Below, one piece after another: positions 8,129 to 18,313 of a stretch of 64,000 bases of DNA. The translations under genes and the position numbers were made by a program. Source of the DNA: Alkalispirochaeta sp. (GTDB taxonomy: Bacteria > Spirochaetota > Spirochaetia > DSM-27196 > Alkalispirochaetaceae); assembly GCA_965242725.1 (NCBI GenBank), contig CBDESZ010000018.1, positions 128,001-192,000 on the forward strand, written 5' to 3'. Position 1 is the stretch's first letter. Every line of letters starts with the position of its first letter. The notes under the pieces were generated by a model that had not been told where the DNA came from, ran no database searches, and saw only the letters and a list, made by a program, of their open reading frames with translations.

Positions 8129-9820
8129 ATGGCCACAACCTACGATGATAAAAAGATTATCTATACGATGCACGGAGTCACCAAGGTACACGGTACCAAA
8201 GAGGTGCTGAAAGATATTAATCTCTCCTATTTTTATGGCGCCAAAATCGGCGTGCTCGGGCTGAACGGCTCAGGAAAGTCGACACTTCTGCGCATTCTCG
8301 CCGGGGTCGATGAAGACTACACCGGGGACATTTCGATATCTCCGGGATACACAATCGGCTATCTGGAACAGGAACCGCATCTCACGGCCGGCAAGACTGT
8401 GAAGGAGGTCGTCTCAGAAGGCGCAGCGGAGATTACCGCGCTCCTGGCGGAGTTTGACGCCGTGAATGAGGCGTACGGTGATCCCGATGCGGACTATGAA
8501 AAACTCGGAGAGCGACAGGCGGCAATTCAGGAAAAGATTGACGCCCTGGGCGGGTGGGACCTCGATGCCAGGCTTGAGATGGCGATGGATGCACTGCGCT
8601 GTCCTCCCGGCGACACCGTCGTGGACATTCTATCCGGCGGTGAACGCCGGCGCGTCGCCCTTGTGCGTCTCCTGCTGCAGAAACCGGACATTCTCCTTCT
8701 TGACGAGCCGACAAATCACCTGGATGCGGAAACGGTGGCGTGGCTTGAGAAACACCTTCGGGAGTATCCCGGCACCGTCATTGCGGTGACCCACGACCGC
8801 TACTTCCTCGACAACGTCGCGGGATGGATCCTTGAACTGGATCGCGGCGAGGGAATTCCCTGGAAGGGGAACTATTCCGGATGGCTTGCCCAAAAGCAGG
8901 CGCGTCTCGCAAAAGAGGAAAAGGGCGAAAGCCAGCGTCAGAAGACGCTGCAGCGTGAACTTGACTGGATCGGCATGTCTCCAAAGGGCCAGCATGCGAA
9001 GAGTAAAGAACGAATCCGCAGGTATGAAGAACTCCTTGAAAAAGGAACGAAGGAACGGGTGACAACCGCCAATCTTACCATTCCGCCGGGTCCGCGGCTG
9101 GGCAATCTCGTCATTGAAGGGAAGAGTGTCGCCAAATCGTACGACCAGACCCTTCTTTTCCGGGATTTCGACTTCTCGATTCCTGCCGGCGCCGTCGTCG
9201 GCATTGTCGGTCCGAACGGCGCCGGCAAGACGACGCTTTTTCGTCTGATCGCGGAGCGGGAGAAACCGACTGAGGGTGAGATTCGCATTGGAGAGACAGT
9301 AAAACTGTCCTGGGCCGATCAAATGAGGGAGAGTCTGGTGGACGACAAGACGGTGTGGGAACAGCTCTCCAACGGTCAGGACCAGATACGCCTCGGTGAC
9401 GGAGGTGGTCAGCGGCAGATAAACTCACGGGCCTACTGTTCATGGTTCAATTTTAACGGTGCGGACCAGCAGAAGAAGGTCGGCGTGCTCTCCGGAGGAG
9501 AGCGGAATCGACTGAACCTCGCCATGATGATCAAAGAGGGCGGAAACGTACTGCTCCTGGACGAACCGACAAACGACCTCGATGTGAACACCCTCCGGGC
9601 GCTGGAAGAGGGCATAGAGGGTTTTGCGGGCTCGGTCCTGGTGATCAGCCATGATCGGTGGTTTCTCGACCGGATTTGCACCCATCTCATCGCATTTGAA
9701 GAGGACGGCGTCTTCTGGTATGACGGAAACTGGAGTGAGTACGCCGAGTTTCGGCGTAAGAAGTACGGTGACCGTGTGGACAGACCACACCGGTACGTTC
9801 ATCGCAGTCTGACGCGGTAG
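8129..9820 (+). CDS. ettA: Energy-dependent translational throttle protein EttA (ABC-F)
   Basis: Two ABC domains (GLNGSGKS, LSGGERRR, GPNGAGKT, LSGGERNR), YFYGAKIGV, WKGNYSGWL, no TM segments. Confidence 0.95.
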   Translation: MATTYDDKKIIYTMHGVTKVHGTKEVLKDINLSYFYGAKIGVLGLNGSGKSTLLRILAGVDEDYTGDISISPGYTIGYLEQEPHLTAGKTVKEVVSEGAAEITALLAEFDAVNEAYGDPDADYEKLGERQAAIQEKIDALGGWDLDARLEMAMDALRCPPGDTVVDILSGGERRRVALVRLLLQKPDILLLDEPTNHLDAETVAWLEKHLREYPGTVIAVTHDRYFLDNVAGWILELDRGEGIPWKGNYSGWLAQKQARLAKEEKGESQRQKTLQRELDWIGMSPKGQHAKSKERIRRYEELLEKGTKERVTTANLTIPPGPRLGNLVIEGKSVAKSYDQTLLFRDFDFSIPAGAVVGIVGPNGAGKTTLFRLIAEREKPTEGEIRIGETVKLSWADQMRESLVDDKTVWEQLSNGQDQIRLGDGGGQRQINSRAYCSWFNFNGADQQKKVGVLSGGERNRLNLAMMIKEGGNVLLLDEPTNDLDVNTLRALEEGIEGFAGSVLVISHDRWFLDRICTHLIAFEEDGVFWYDGNWSEYAEFRRKKYGDRVDRPHRYVHRSLTR

Positions 9821-9888
9821 ATGTTCGTGGCCGGCGTTTGCGCCGGCCAAAAAGGGAGCGTATACTGTTTTCAAGGGGTGGGATCAGG

Positions 9889-10242
9889 ATGCGCACGAAT
9901 CGACTGCAACGTCTGCTTGAGGCGGAAATACTCGATGCCCAGGACGATATCCGGGATCTGGAAAGGACGCTGAAGACGCGCATTGAGGCACGGGAGATTA
10001 CAAACTACGTGTTTCGGGAAAATACGGCCCTTCTGGAACAGGAGCTGCACGCTCTCGAACGCATTCGTGCGCTCCTGAAAGAGATAGACCCGACAGACTA
10101 CAGCGGCGTCGATGAATATGGCGATGCGGTCATGAATCGGGTTCGCGAGTTTGTACGCCACCACGACGCACCAGGAGCGGTGGTGCCCATCATTTCCCGT
10201 CGTCTGAAGCGTATTACCGACTTTCTGAAATCACCGTCATGA
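9889..10242 (+). CDS. Hypothetical helical protein
   Basis: ORF with helical/coiled composition filling the gap after ettA. Confidence 0.65.
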   Translation: MRTNRLQRLLEAEILDAQDDIRDLERTLKTRIEAREITNYVFRENTALLEQELHALERIRALLKEIDPTDYSGVDEYGDAVMNRVREFVRHHDAPGAVVPIISRRLKRITDFLKSPS

Positions 10243-10989
10243 TTTCTGCATCGTGACGAGAAGGACCACGACCGCCGGAACGAGCACACCCTGTTCAACC
10301 ATTTCTTCTGTTTTTCCCGTCAGGTAGCCCCGTTTCAGTTGCCGATGAAGCTTCTTGTATGGTCGTTGTCCCGTCATCTCTCGGAGTGAGGCGGTCAACT
10401 GAGCCATATCATCAGGAAAGTTTTCCCGCATCCTGCGGAGTTCTCCGACGAGCTGATCCTTCTCGTCCGAATTCTTCCCTTTGTCCATGAATGACGTCAG
10501 ATCGTACCCTTCCATGCGGTGGAGTATCGTTTCCAGTTCCCGGACAAAGGGGGATTCCGTAAAAACGATGCCGTCAACCTTGGAGCGCAGCATGATTCTG
10601 CGTTTGCCGGCAGGTTCGGACTGTACAAATCGCTTCCCTACGACGAGAAAGACAACCGTTGCGATAGCGCCGGAAATGAGCAGCTCATCGACAACAGGAA
10701 CGGGATCGCGAATGACAAGGGACATGAAGAGAAAGGAAAGCAGGAATGCCGCCGCGGAAATGAGAAAGCGTGGAATGAAACGCTGCTCACCGATCCATGT
10801 CCGCACATCCGCATCAATGCGTCTATACAGCTCGTTCCGCAGGAGTGTCAGAGATTCGACCCGTGGCTCGGAGCCGTATCTGCCGTAAAGCTCGGTAGCC
10901 GAATCGATGTTCAGCGTGCTTCCGGGCACGATAAAGGGATGTACGAAGAGAGGCGTCCCGTCGCGGCGGGTCACATGGTACAGGTTCAT
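10237..10989 (-). CDS. Hypothetical membrane protein (2 TM)
   Basis: Two hydrophobic helices around RDPVPVVDELL; ATG overlaps the stop of the upstream cupin gene. Confidence 0.7.
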   Translation of the reverse strand: MNLYHVTRRDGTPLFVHPFIVPGSTLNIDSATELYGRYGSEPRVESLTLLRNELYRRIDADVRTWIGEQRFIPRFLISAAAFLLSFLFMSLVIRDPVPVVDELLISGAIATVVFLVVGKRFVQSEPAGKRRIMLRSKVDGIVFTESPFVRELETILHRMEGYDLTSFMDKGKNSDEKDQLVGELRRMRENFPDDMAQLTASLREMTGQRPYKKLHRQLKRGYLTGKTEEMVEQGVLVPAVVVLLVTMQKS

Positions 10990-11351
10990 CAGCTTTCGAT
11001 ACGGTGCGCCCCGTCCGGGGTAAATGCGGGGGTGCATACGGACCAGTACTCCGCTTCCTCGTCGAAAGGGTTGGCATATTGCACGTTTGAACCTCTTGAT
11101 ACACGGAGGCTCTCTCCCGCGCGGAGTGTCACGACGGTATCGTCCACAATGATCTGTTTCCTGCCACGAACCATCAGGGTGTACTCGTCAAAATCGGGGC
11201 GCTGCGGCGGCTCCGACCAGTGCGGCGGCGCGATCATGCGGGCGACACTGATGGTCGAGTCACCGGAACTGATATGTCCAAAATGCTCCAGAATCGTTTT
11301 CCCGTCGGTAGTGGGGACCTGAAAGGGATTCTGCTGGTGAACAAAACTCAT
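10989..11351 (-). CDS. Cupin domain protein
   Basis: ILEHFGH...SVARMIAPPHWSEPPQRPDFDEYTLMVRG...YWSVCTPAFTP. Confidence 0.85.
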   Translation of the reverse strand: MSFVHQQNPFQVPTTDGKTILEHFGHISSGDSTISVARMIAPPHWSEPPQRPDFDEYTLMVRGRKQIIVDDTVVTLRAGESLRVSRGSNVQYANPFDEEAEYWSVCTPAFTPDGAHRIES

Positions 11352-11412
11352 GTCCCCATTGTACGCCTGATGACCTCTTGTGTCAGTAAGGAATGGCCCG
11401 TAATCTACCGAT

Positions 11413-12216
11413 ATGACGCATCCATGCAAGATACCCCCGCAAACCAGGGTAGTGACAACATCCCGTCCCTTTCGACTGACCGGTACCGACCCGGCAAAGG
11501 GAGTGCTGCTCTTTCACGGCTTTACGGGAGTGACTTCGGACATGCGGTACGTGGCGGAACGGTTGAACCGGCAGGGACTTACCGTCGTCGTTCCCCGTCT
11601 CCCCGGTCACGGTACCAACGGCAGGGATTTCAGCCGTACCGGCTGGCGGGACTGGCTGGGAGCAGCCGTTGAAGCGTATCTCGAGCTGGCCTCGGAGTTT
11701 CCCCAGGTGATGATCGGAGGATTGTCCATGGGCGGACTTATTGCAACGATTATTGCCGGTAATTTCCCCGTTTCCCGGGTCGCCCTCCTGGCGCCGGCCT
11801 TTTTCACAGTCAACAAACTTGTTCCCTTCACGCCATTGGCACGATTTTTTGTTCCCCCCTTTCGGGTACGCACGCCCGAGGTATACGATGATCCGGAACA
11901 GCAGTTTCTTGCCGACCAGTACTGGAACTGGATGTGGCCCGCCAATACCGCCTCGCTGTACAGACTGATACGTATGGCCCGCCGGGCGCTGAAAGACATA
12001 ACGGCACCGACTCTCTCTGTCATCGCGAAAAAAGACGGCACCGTACCGTTGCGGGTCGTCGATTTCCTGCGGCACTACGCGGGAAGCGAGGGTAACCGCA
12101 TCGTCCTCCTTGAGGAGTCGGGCCATGTGGTGACGACGGGAGTTGAAAAGGAGTATGTCGCGGAGTCATTGGTCCGGTGGTTCAGCGGGTCGCCCGACGC
12201 GGAACAGCTTAAATGA
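11413..12216 (+). CDS. Alpha/beta hydrolase, carboxylesterase/monoacylglycerol lipase-like
   Basis: HGFTG, LPGHGT, GLSMGG nucleophile elbow, D and SGH triad. Confidence 0.9.
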   Translation: MTHPCKIPPQTRVVTTSRPFRLTGTDPAKGVLLFHGFTGVTSDMRYVAERLNRQGLTVVVPRLPGHGTNGRDFSRTGWRDWLGAAVEAYLELASEFPQVMIGGLSMGGLIATIIAGNFPVSRVALLAPAFFTVNKLVPFTPLARFFVPPFRVRTPEVYDDPEQQFLADQYWNWMWPANTASLYRLIRMARRALKDITAPTLSVIAKKDGTVPLRVVDFLRHYAGSEGNRIVLLEESGHVVTTGVEKEYVAESLVRWFSGSPDAEQLK

Positions 12217-12575
12217 GACGATTTTTCTGTGAAAACTGCGGTGAAGAAGTTCAGGAAAGCGACGATCTCTGCGCCCATTGCGGAGCGGTCTTTACGGCGA
12301 TAAAGTGCCCCCGCTGTGGATATCGTGGGAAGCTACACCAGTTTCACCGCGGGTGTCCCCGATGCGGATTTCTCGGAGAAAACAAGGTGCGTACTACCTA
12401 TACGGCAGATACCTTCGAAATGCCCGAACGACCGGAACACTCCCGCAATTCGATGTGGACGCGGTTGTTCCGACGCTCCCGGCAGAAACGTCCACCATGG
12501 CTCTTCTGGCTCATACTGCTGCTCATGATAGTCGCGTTCATTCTTCTGTCGGTTGTATATATGCGTCTCCCATGA
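12213..12575 (+). CDS. Double zinc-ribbon protein with C-terminal TM helix
   Basis: CENC, CAHC, CPRC, CPRC and a hydrophobic tail. Confidence 0.8.
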   Translation: MRRFFCENCGEEVQESDDLCAHCGAVFTAIKCPRCGYRGKLHQFHRGCPRCGFLGENKVRTTYTADTFEMPERPEHSRNSMWTRLFRRSRQKRPPWLFWLILLLMIVAFILLSVVYMRLP

Positions 12576-12628
12576 GGTGCCGGGACCGGTACAGCCGGTA
12601 CGGAAACGGTCCGATATTTAAAGAGAAG

Positions 12629-13204
12629 ATGGTAAGAAGAACGGTATTGTTTACGCCCCGGGTACTGCCCCTCAGTATATGGATATTCATCGTCGTTGCG
12701 CCGGTATTCGCGCAGACAACGGAAGGTGGAAGTATCGCCGATCAACTGTCCCGTGGATTTCGGGACATTCAGTTGGGCATGGAATTTGATGCCGCAGAAG
12801 AGGCTATCGCAGGGGATCCGGCCTTTGACTTTCGGGGACGCCCCGACGTCTCCATTACGTTGAGCGACGGCGAGCCGACGATAGACACAAATGGGCGCAG
12901 CTTCGTCCGGCGGGGAGTCTTCTCATTTCATCGCGAACGACTCTTCACATTCTCCCTCTATCTGTCGACGCAACGTCTCGACTACCTTCAGCTGTACAAT
13001 CAGCTCCGCAGTCGGTACGGTGAACCCGACGACCTTGATCCGCGCCGGGCCGTCTGGGAAGACGACGCAACAAGGATCACTCTGGAACGACCGCTGACGG
13101 TCACCTTTCTGGATCGTGTCGTCTTCGAGGAACGAAGAGATGCAAACCGCAGGGATGAGGCGCTCGAAGATATCGCACGGGATGAATTCCTCGAACTTTT
13201 TTAG
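12629..13204 (+). CDS. Exported conserved hypothetical protein
   Basis: Signal peptide, GFRDIQLGM, LRSRYGEP...AVWED. Confidence 0.7.
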   Translation: MVRRTVLFTPRVLPLSIWIFIVVAPVFAQTTEGGSIADQLSRGFRDIQLGMEFDAAEEAIAGDPAFDFRGRPDVSITLSDGEPTIDTNGRSFVRRGVFSFHRERLFTFSLYLSTQRLDYLQLYNQLRSRYGEPDDLDPRRAVWEDDATRITLERPLTVTFLDRVVFEERRDANRRDEALEDIARDEFLELF

Positions 13205-13218
13205 GATCGGAAGACTCA

Positions 13219-13695
13219 ATGATGTATAGAACAATTCGTTTCCTGCGACCGATCCTTGCGGTTGTCCTTGTTGCCACGGGAGTGACGTCATACACTTCAT
13301 GCACCGGTTTGCGCGATGAAACGGTTCCACTGCCGGTGGGAGATCACGTCTTTACCGTCGAAATTGCCGACGACGATGAAGAGCGAACGAGAGGACTCAT
13401 GGGACGGAAGGCGCTGGACGAGGACGGGGGCATGCTCTTTGTCTTTCCCGACTCGGCTCCCCGAAGTTTCTGGATGAAGGATACCCTGATTCCACTCTCC
13501 ATCGCCTACATAAACCGTCACGGTGAAATCCTGGAGATCTACGATATGGAACCTCTGTCGCGGGCAGCCGTAACGTCGCGTTACCCGGCGAAATACGCTC
13601 TGGAAGTCCCGCAGGGCGCCTTCGGCCGGGCGGGCATCACCCCGGGAACGATGGTGGACCTCGGCGCACTGCCGGGGTGGGTCAGGAACGAGTAA
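13219..13695 (+). CDS. DUF192 family protein
   Basis: VEIAD...RTRGLMGR...GMLFVF...FWMKDTLIPLSIAYI...YALEV. Confidence 0.9.
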   Translation: MMYRTIRFLRPILAVVLVATGVTSYTSCTGLRDETVPLPVGDHVFTVEIADDDEERTRGLMGRKALDEDGGMLFVFPDSAPRSFWMKDTLIPLSIAYINRHGEILEIYDMEPLSRAAVTSRYPAKYALEVPQGAFGRAGITPGTMVDLGALPGWVRNE

Positions 13696-13698
13696 GAC

Positions 13699-13929
13699 TT
13701 ACTCATTCTCAGAAAACGGCGCAAATCGCGGTGGTTCCTCCGTATTTTCCGGGTCGGTGAGAAGTATTTCCAATCGTCGTTCCATCTCCTGAAGTTCTTT
13801 TTCAAGGCGATGGGAGAGGGTCATGCCCTCTTCAAAGAGCTGTGTCGCCTCGGCAATGGGAATTTCTCCGCTCCGGAGACGCTCTCCTATTTCTTCAAGT
13901 CGTTTCAGCTTTGTTTCAAAGTCATTCAT
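13699..13929 (-). CDS. xseB: Exodeoxyribonuclease VII small subunit
   Basis: FETKLKRLEEI...LFEEGMTL; directly downstream of xseA. Confidence 0.9.
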   Translation of the reverse strand: MNDFETKLKRLEEIGERLRSGEIPIAEATQLFEEGMTLSHRLEKELQEMERRLEILLTDPENTEEPPRFAPFSENE

Positions 13930-15119
13930 CGTCGGTCCTTTCAATATTGATCATACAGTCGGCAAACTGCGCAGTCAGTCGCTCGCCGACGGTGGTTTCA
14001 CCGCCCCTTGAGACGATGGAGCCGTCTGCACGCCTTCGTACGATTGCAAAACCGCGGCGGAGGGGTTCCGCGGGATCGTATGAACGAACTTTCTCCACGG
14101 CAAAATCCAGGCGATGCCTTCGGGAGCGGAAAATCTCTTCCATGTGAAGTGTCACCGTTCGGCGCGCATCATCGAGACGTTGATACCAGGGTTGTACAAA
14201 ATTCCGGAAGCGATAGCGCAGCTCCTGCTCATTGTAACGGTCCAGCCGGTTCCGCAGCCGGTCGAGAGCCGCTCCGTATGTGCGCACGACGGTATCCCTG
14301 CCGCCGGTGATCATGTGTCGAATTTCCTGCTCGGGAAGGGACACCAGTTCCGCCGCCGCTGACGGTGTCGGTGCCCGCAGATCGGCGGCAAAATCGCTGA
14401 TGGACCAGTCCGTCTCGTGACCGACGGCGGAAATAACGGGAATCTCCGACGCCGCAATCGCCCGTGCCACCGATTCGTCGCTGAAGGGCAGGAGGTCTTC
14501 CACGGAACCGCCTCCTCTGGTAACGATGAGGACTTCACCGATTCGGTGGCGGGAGACATATGCAATCGCCGCGGAGATCCTTCCGGCGGCTTCATTGCCC
14601 TGGACGGGAACCGGCACGATTCTGACGGTGATGCCCCGGCGACGGCGCTCGAGAACGTGGAGAACATCCCGTATCGCCGCGCCCGTCGCCGAGGTGACGA
14701 TCGCGATGGAACCGGGCACCGCGGGAATAGGGCGCCGGTTCTCAAAGAGCCCTTCCTCGGCAAGTCGCCGTTTCCGCTCCTCAAGCATCTCCAGGATCGT
14801 TCCCCGTCCGGACTGTCGAAAGTGGCGAATGATGAGTTGGTAGCTTCCCCGCGGGGGATAGACGCTTATGGAACCGACGGCGTCTATCGTCGCGCCGTTG
14901 CCGGGGAAAATCCCCGTTCCAGCGCTGACTGCCCCGGAAAAGGACGCACTGCAATGTCGCCTCGGCGTCCTTGAGGGTAAAATAGATGTGCCCGCTTTGG
15001 GCGGGACGGAAGTTTGATATTTCCCCGGTAACCGCAACGGCAGGGTATTCCGATTCCAGACGGTTCTTGATCGATTGTGTGAGTTCCGAAACCGTCTGGA
15101 AGGTAAATTCATCGATCAT
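13922..15119 (-). CDS. xseA: Exodeoxyribonuclease VII large subunit, frameshift near 14905 (likely sequence error)
   Basis: TVSELT...GEISNF...SGHIYFTLKD in one frame; GSISVYPPRGSYQL...RGGGSVEDL...VGHETD...APTPSAAAE in the next frame. Confidence 0.92.
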
Positions 15120-15176
15120 CGTGCCATGCTACCGCTACCTCATGACACACACAAGGCCTGTCGATACATTAGATAC

Positions 15177-16703
15177 ATGGACCGTATAATTGTATGCGCC
15201 TTTACGGGAGCGACATTCCTGCACACCGCCTTTCCAAACGGCACCACACCCTACGAGTACGTCGTCGCCCGGGTTGATGAACTCCGCAAAGTGGACGGGG
15301 TCGACGGATCGGTTATATATCTCACATCCGACGCCGAGCCCTACGTGCCTCCGGAACTGCCCACAGAGTGGCAGCACCTGCACATTCCCGCCCGGGACGC
15401 TTCATCGGTCTATCTTCACCTCGCCGAGACACTCGATCAGGACGTGGAAAACCTCATCTTCCTCCGGTCCGACGCTCCTTTTGTAAAGGTCGAACTTGCG
15501 ACGGAGCTCCTGGAACTGCACCGCTCCACATGGTGTGATTACACCTTCGCCGACGGATTTCCCCGGGGATACGCGGTGGAAGTATTGCGGCGGGAGGTCC
15601 TGCCGGTACTGGGTGCCCTTGCACAGCCGGTACAACAGGGGTGGCTGCCGGGTGCGCTCTTCGAGACGCTGCAAAAAGATATTAATGCATTCGATATCGA
15701 GACGGAGGCTGCTCCGGAAGACTATACGCTCTTTCGGGCATCGTTGACCGCCGACAGCAGACAGAACTACATCCTCTGCCGCCGTCTTGCGGAACGGGAA
15801 GACGCGGGAGAGTCGATCCTGGAAACGCTGCGCACCCGTCCTGAAATACGCAGGACGCTGCCATACTACTATCAGGTCCAGATCACCACGGAAATGCCCC
15901 ACCGCCCGTCGTATCTCCCGTGGTCCGACGACAGGTGGCGTGCGGACCCACCGGGCCGGGGCACCCATATGGATCTTCCCCTGTGGCAGCAGACGGTCCG
16001 GAGAATCACGGAGGAGACTCCCCAGGCGGTCGTCGCCGTCGGATATCGCGGTGAACCGGCGCTGCATCCGGACATCACAAGAATTCTCGGATCTTTTTCA
16101 CCGTATCCGGGGATTTCTCTCTACGTGGAAACGTCCGGAATCGGCTGGACCGAAGAAGCCCGGCAGGCACTGCTCACGGAATCGGTCGCCGCGGTCATTG
16201 TGGAGCTCGATGCCGGGAAGGAGGAAACCTACAAAGCAGTCCGCGGCGGAGACGGGACGCACTACCGCGAGGCGACGGAATTCATAGAATGGCTGGCGCG
16301 CAACAAGGCGGGAAGCGTCTACGTACAGGCGACGAGAATGGTTGAGAACGAATGGGAACTGCAGGAGCTCTATAAGCGGTGGAACGGCACCAAAGGAGTC
16401 TCGGTGATCATACAGAAATACAACTCCTTCGCGGGACGCCTGCCGGACAGGAAGGTTGCCGATTTGACGCCCCTGGAACGGATCCCCTGCAGACATCTGG
16501 AGCGGGACATGGTGATCCTCGTGGACGGCACCGTTCCCATGTGTTTTCAGGACCTGGACGGGAGCCATGTGCGCGGCACCGTATCGTCCCGGACGATCAA
16601 TGAGCTCTTCGTCGCCGGAGAGAAGGATTTTTCTCTCCACGTGGAGAAGAATTATCCGTCACTATGTGAACACTGTGATGAGTACTACACGTTTAACGCG
16701 TAA
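15177..16703 (+). CDS. Spiro-SPASM protein (cytidylyltransferase-like N-terminus + degenerate radical-SAM barrel + SPASM/Twitch-type C-terminus)
   Basis: DYTFADGFPRG, KDINAFDIET, RTLPYYYQVQIT, GEPALHP, ETSG, PCRHL...DGTVPMCFQD...CEHCDEYYTFNA. Confidence 0.85.
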   Translation: MDRIIVCAFTGATFLHTAFPNGTTPYEYVVARVDELRKVDGVDGSVIYLTSDAEPYVPPELPTEWQHLHIPARDASSVYLHLAETLDQDVENLIFLRSDAPFVKVELATELLELHRSTWCDYTFADGFPRGYAVEVLRREVLPVLGALAQPVQQGWLPGALFETLQKDINAFDIETEAAPEDYTLFRASLTADSRQNYILCRRLAEREDAGESILETLRTRPEIRRTLPYYYQVQITTEMPHRPSYLPWSDDRWRADPPGRGTHMDLPLWQQTVRRITEETPQAVVAVGYRGEPALHPDITRILGSFSPYPGISLYVETSGIGWTEEARQALLTESVAAVIVELDAGKEETYKAVRGGDGTHYREATEFIEWLARNKAGSVYVQATRMVENEWELQELYKRWNGTKGVSVIIQKYNSFAGRLPDRKVADLTPLERIPCRHLERDMVILVDGTVPMCFQDLDGSHVRGTVSSRTINELFVAGEKDFSLHVEKNYPSLCEHCDEYYTFNA

Positions 16704-17631
16704 CACCGACGCATCCCACACCGTCGTGGGGCGACAGCCGTCGGGGCGGGGAAAAAAACCGGCGATAATTCTCCTCAATCGGAGTTCCCGCTTTCTCAGG
16801 CGGGAGTATTTTCGGGAACTGGTCGATGCGGGATACACGGAAATCATCTCTGTTGAGACCGCCGATAACGCATATACCGTTGAATCCCTGAGTATCGAAT
16901 TTCAGCAGTTCCGATTCATCCTCATCGACGAGCCTTTTAACGTCGGCGAGGCGATCAACCTTGCGATGGCATATGTCGTAGCGGAAAGCGCCATCGTCCT
17001 CTGGTCGACCATGGGTGTTCCTCAGGGCGTGGAACGGGCGGCGGAAACGCTGCGCAAGGGATCCCGTCGCGTCTGCGTCGTCCCGCTGTTGCGGGGGGAA
17101 AGAAATGATCCCTTGCCGACGATGCACGCTCCGGCATTCCACAAGAGAACGTTGAAAATCATCGACCTGCCGGTCCGCGGGGCGGGCGAGGAGAAGACGA
17201 TCTCTCCCTTTGACTATGTCGGCCTCTATTCCCGGGGCGAATTTGTCCGTGTCGGCGGATATGACGGCGAAATAAACCACAATTTCTGGCAGCGTCTCGA
17301 TTTCGGTTTCCGGACCTATCTGACCGGGGGAGATATACCCTGTGTCCCCACCTTCCGAATCGCCTACAAAAGCACGCCGGAGCCGGAAGACCGGACCCTC
17401 GACGAAGGCTACGCCCGTTTCTTTGCAAAAAATCTCATCTTTCGCCTGACTTCCCAGGGAATAAAGATACCCCTCGCCGCGGTCATTCGATTCGTCCTGC
17501 GCTCCCGGCTCGGGGTGGTTTTCTCGTTGCGCGTCTTTGCCGCCGCCCGCGTGTGGCTAACGGCACGGTCAGGGGATATTCGCATCGATCCCCGAGACCT
17601 CGTCGACCGGTGGAGTGTCAACCATGAGTAG
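16678..17631 (+). CDS. Glycosyltransferase family 2-like protein
   Basis: NVGEAINLAM, FVRVGGYDGEI...LDFGFR; no clear DxD. Confidence 0.7.
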   Translation: MSTTRLTRNTDASHTVVGRQPSGRGKKPAIILLNRSSRFLRREYFRELVDAGYTEIISVETADNAYTVESLSIEFQQFRFILIDEPFNVGEAINLAMAYVVAESAIVLWSTMGVPQGVERAAETLRKGSRRVCVVPLLRGERNDPLPTMHAPAFHKRTLKIIDLPVRGAGEEKTISPFDYVGLYSRGEFVRVGGYDGEINHNFWQRLDFGFRTYLTGGDIPCVPTFRIAYKSTPEPEDRTLDEGYARFFAKNLIFRLTSQGIKIPLAAVIRFVLRSRLGVVFSLRVFAAARVWLTARSGDIRIDPRDLVDRWSVNHE

Positions 17632-18313
17632 GGGGCTCGGCGTTTTTATTCAGGTGCGCCTCGCGTCGACGAGACTGCCCGGGAAGGCACTGCTGCCGCT
17701 TGAAGACAGGACGGTGATCGGTCACGTCATGCGGGCGCTGAAAAAGCTTCCGGCGGAGGCTTTTGTACTTCTGACCGATCACGGGAGCGCCGCCCGCCTG
17801 GAGGGTGAGGCGCGGCGATACGGCTATGACCTCTTTACCGGTGATCCCGACGACGTGCTACACCGTTACTGCCGCGCCATAGAACGCTATCGCCCGGAAA
17901 CGGTCCTGCGCGCGACGGGAGACAATCCTCTGACGAGCGTGGAAGCTGCACGGCTCGCGCTCGAGCTCTTTCAGTCCACGGGAGCCGATTACGCCGGTAT
18001 CACCGGAACTCCCTACGGCACCGGTGTTGAAATTGTACGCAGTGCGGCGCTCCTGGACGTTGAGACTTATACGAACGATCCCTACGACAGGGAACACGTT
18101 ACGCCCGGCATCTACCGCAGAGACGACCGCTATTCAGTTCGACTTGCCCCCGCACCGGACCACCTGTCCATGCCGGATCTGCGGGTAACCCTTGATACCC
18201 CGACGGATTACGACTACATTTCGGGGATCTATGGGGAAATGTATACAGGTTCTCCAATCGAAATACCTCAGTTAATAGAATATGGTCGCCGACATCACCA
18301 AAACAGTGCGTAA
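17624..18313 (+). CDS. Acylneuraminate/SpsF-type cytidylyltransferase
   Basis: IQVRLASTRLPGKALLPL, DDVLHRY, RATGDNP, REHVTP, RVTLDTPTDY. Confidence 0.9.
   Translation: MSRGLGVFIQVRLASTRLPGKALLPLEDRTVIGHVMRALKKLPAEAFVLLTDHGSAARLEGEARRYGYDLFTGDPDDVLHRYCRAIERYRPETVLRATGDNPLTSVEAARLALELFQSTGADYAGITGTPYGTGVEIVRSAALLDVETYTNDPYDREHVTPGIYRRDDRYSVRLAPAPDHLSMPDLRVTLDTPTDYDYISGIYGEMYTGSPIEIPQLIEYGRRHHQNSA

Noticed and set aside
9828..9849. Hairpin TGGCCGGCG-TTTG-CGCCGGCCA after ettA as a terminator
   Set aside because: No U-tract follows it on either strand; at most a stabilising stem.
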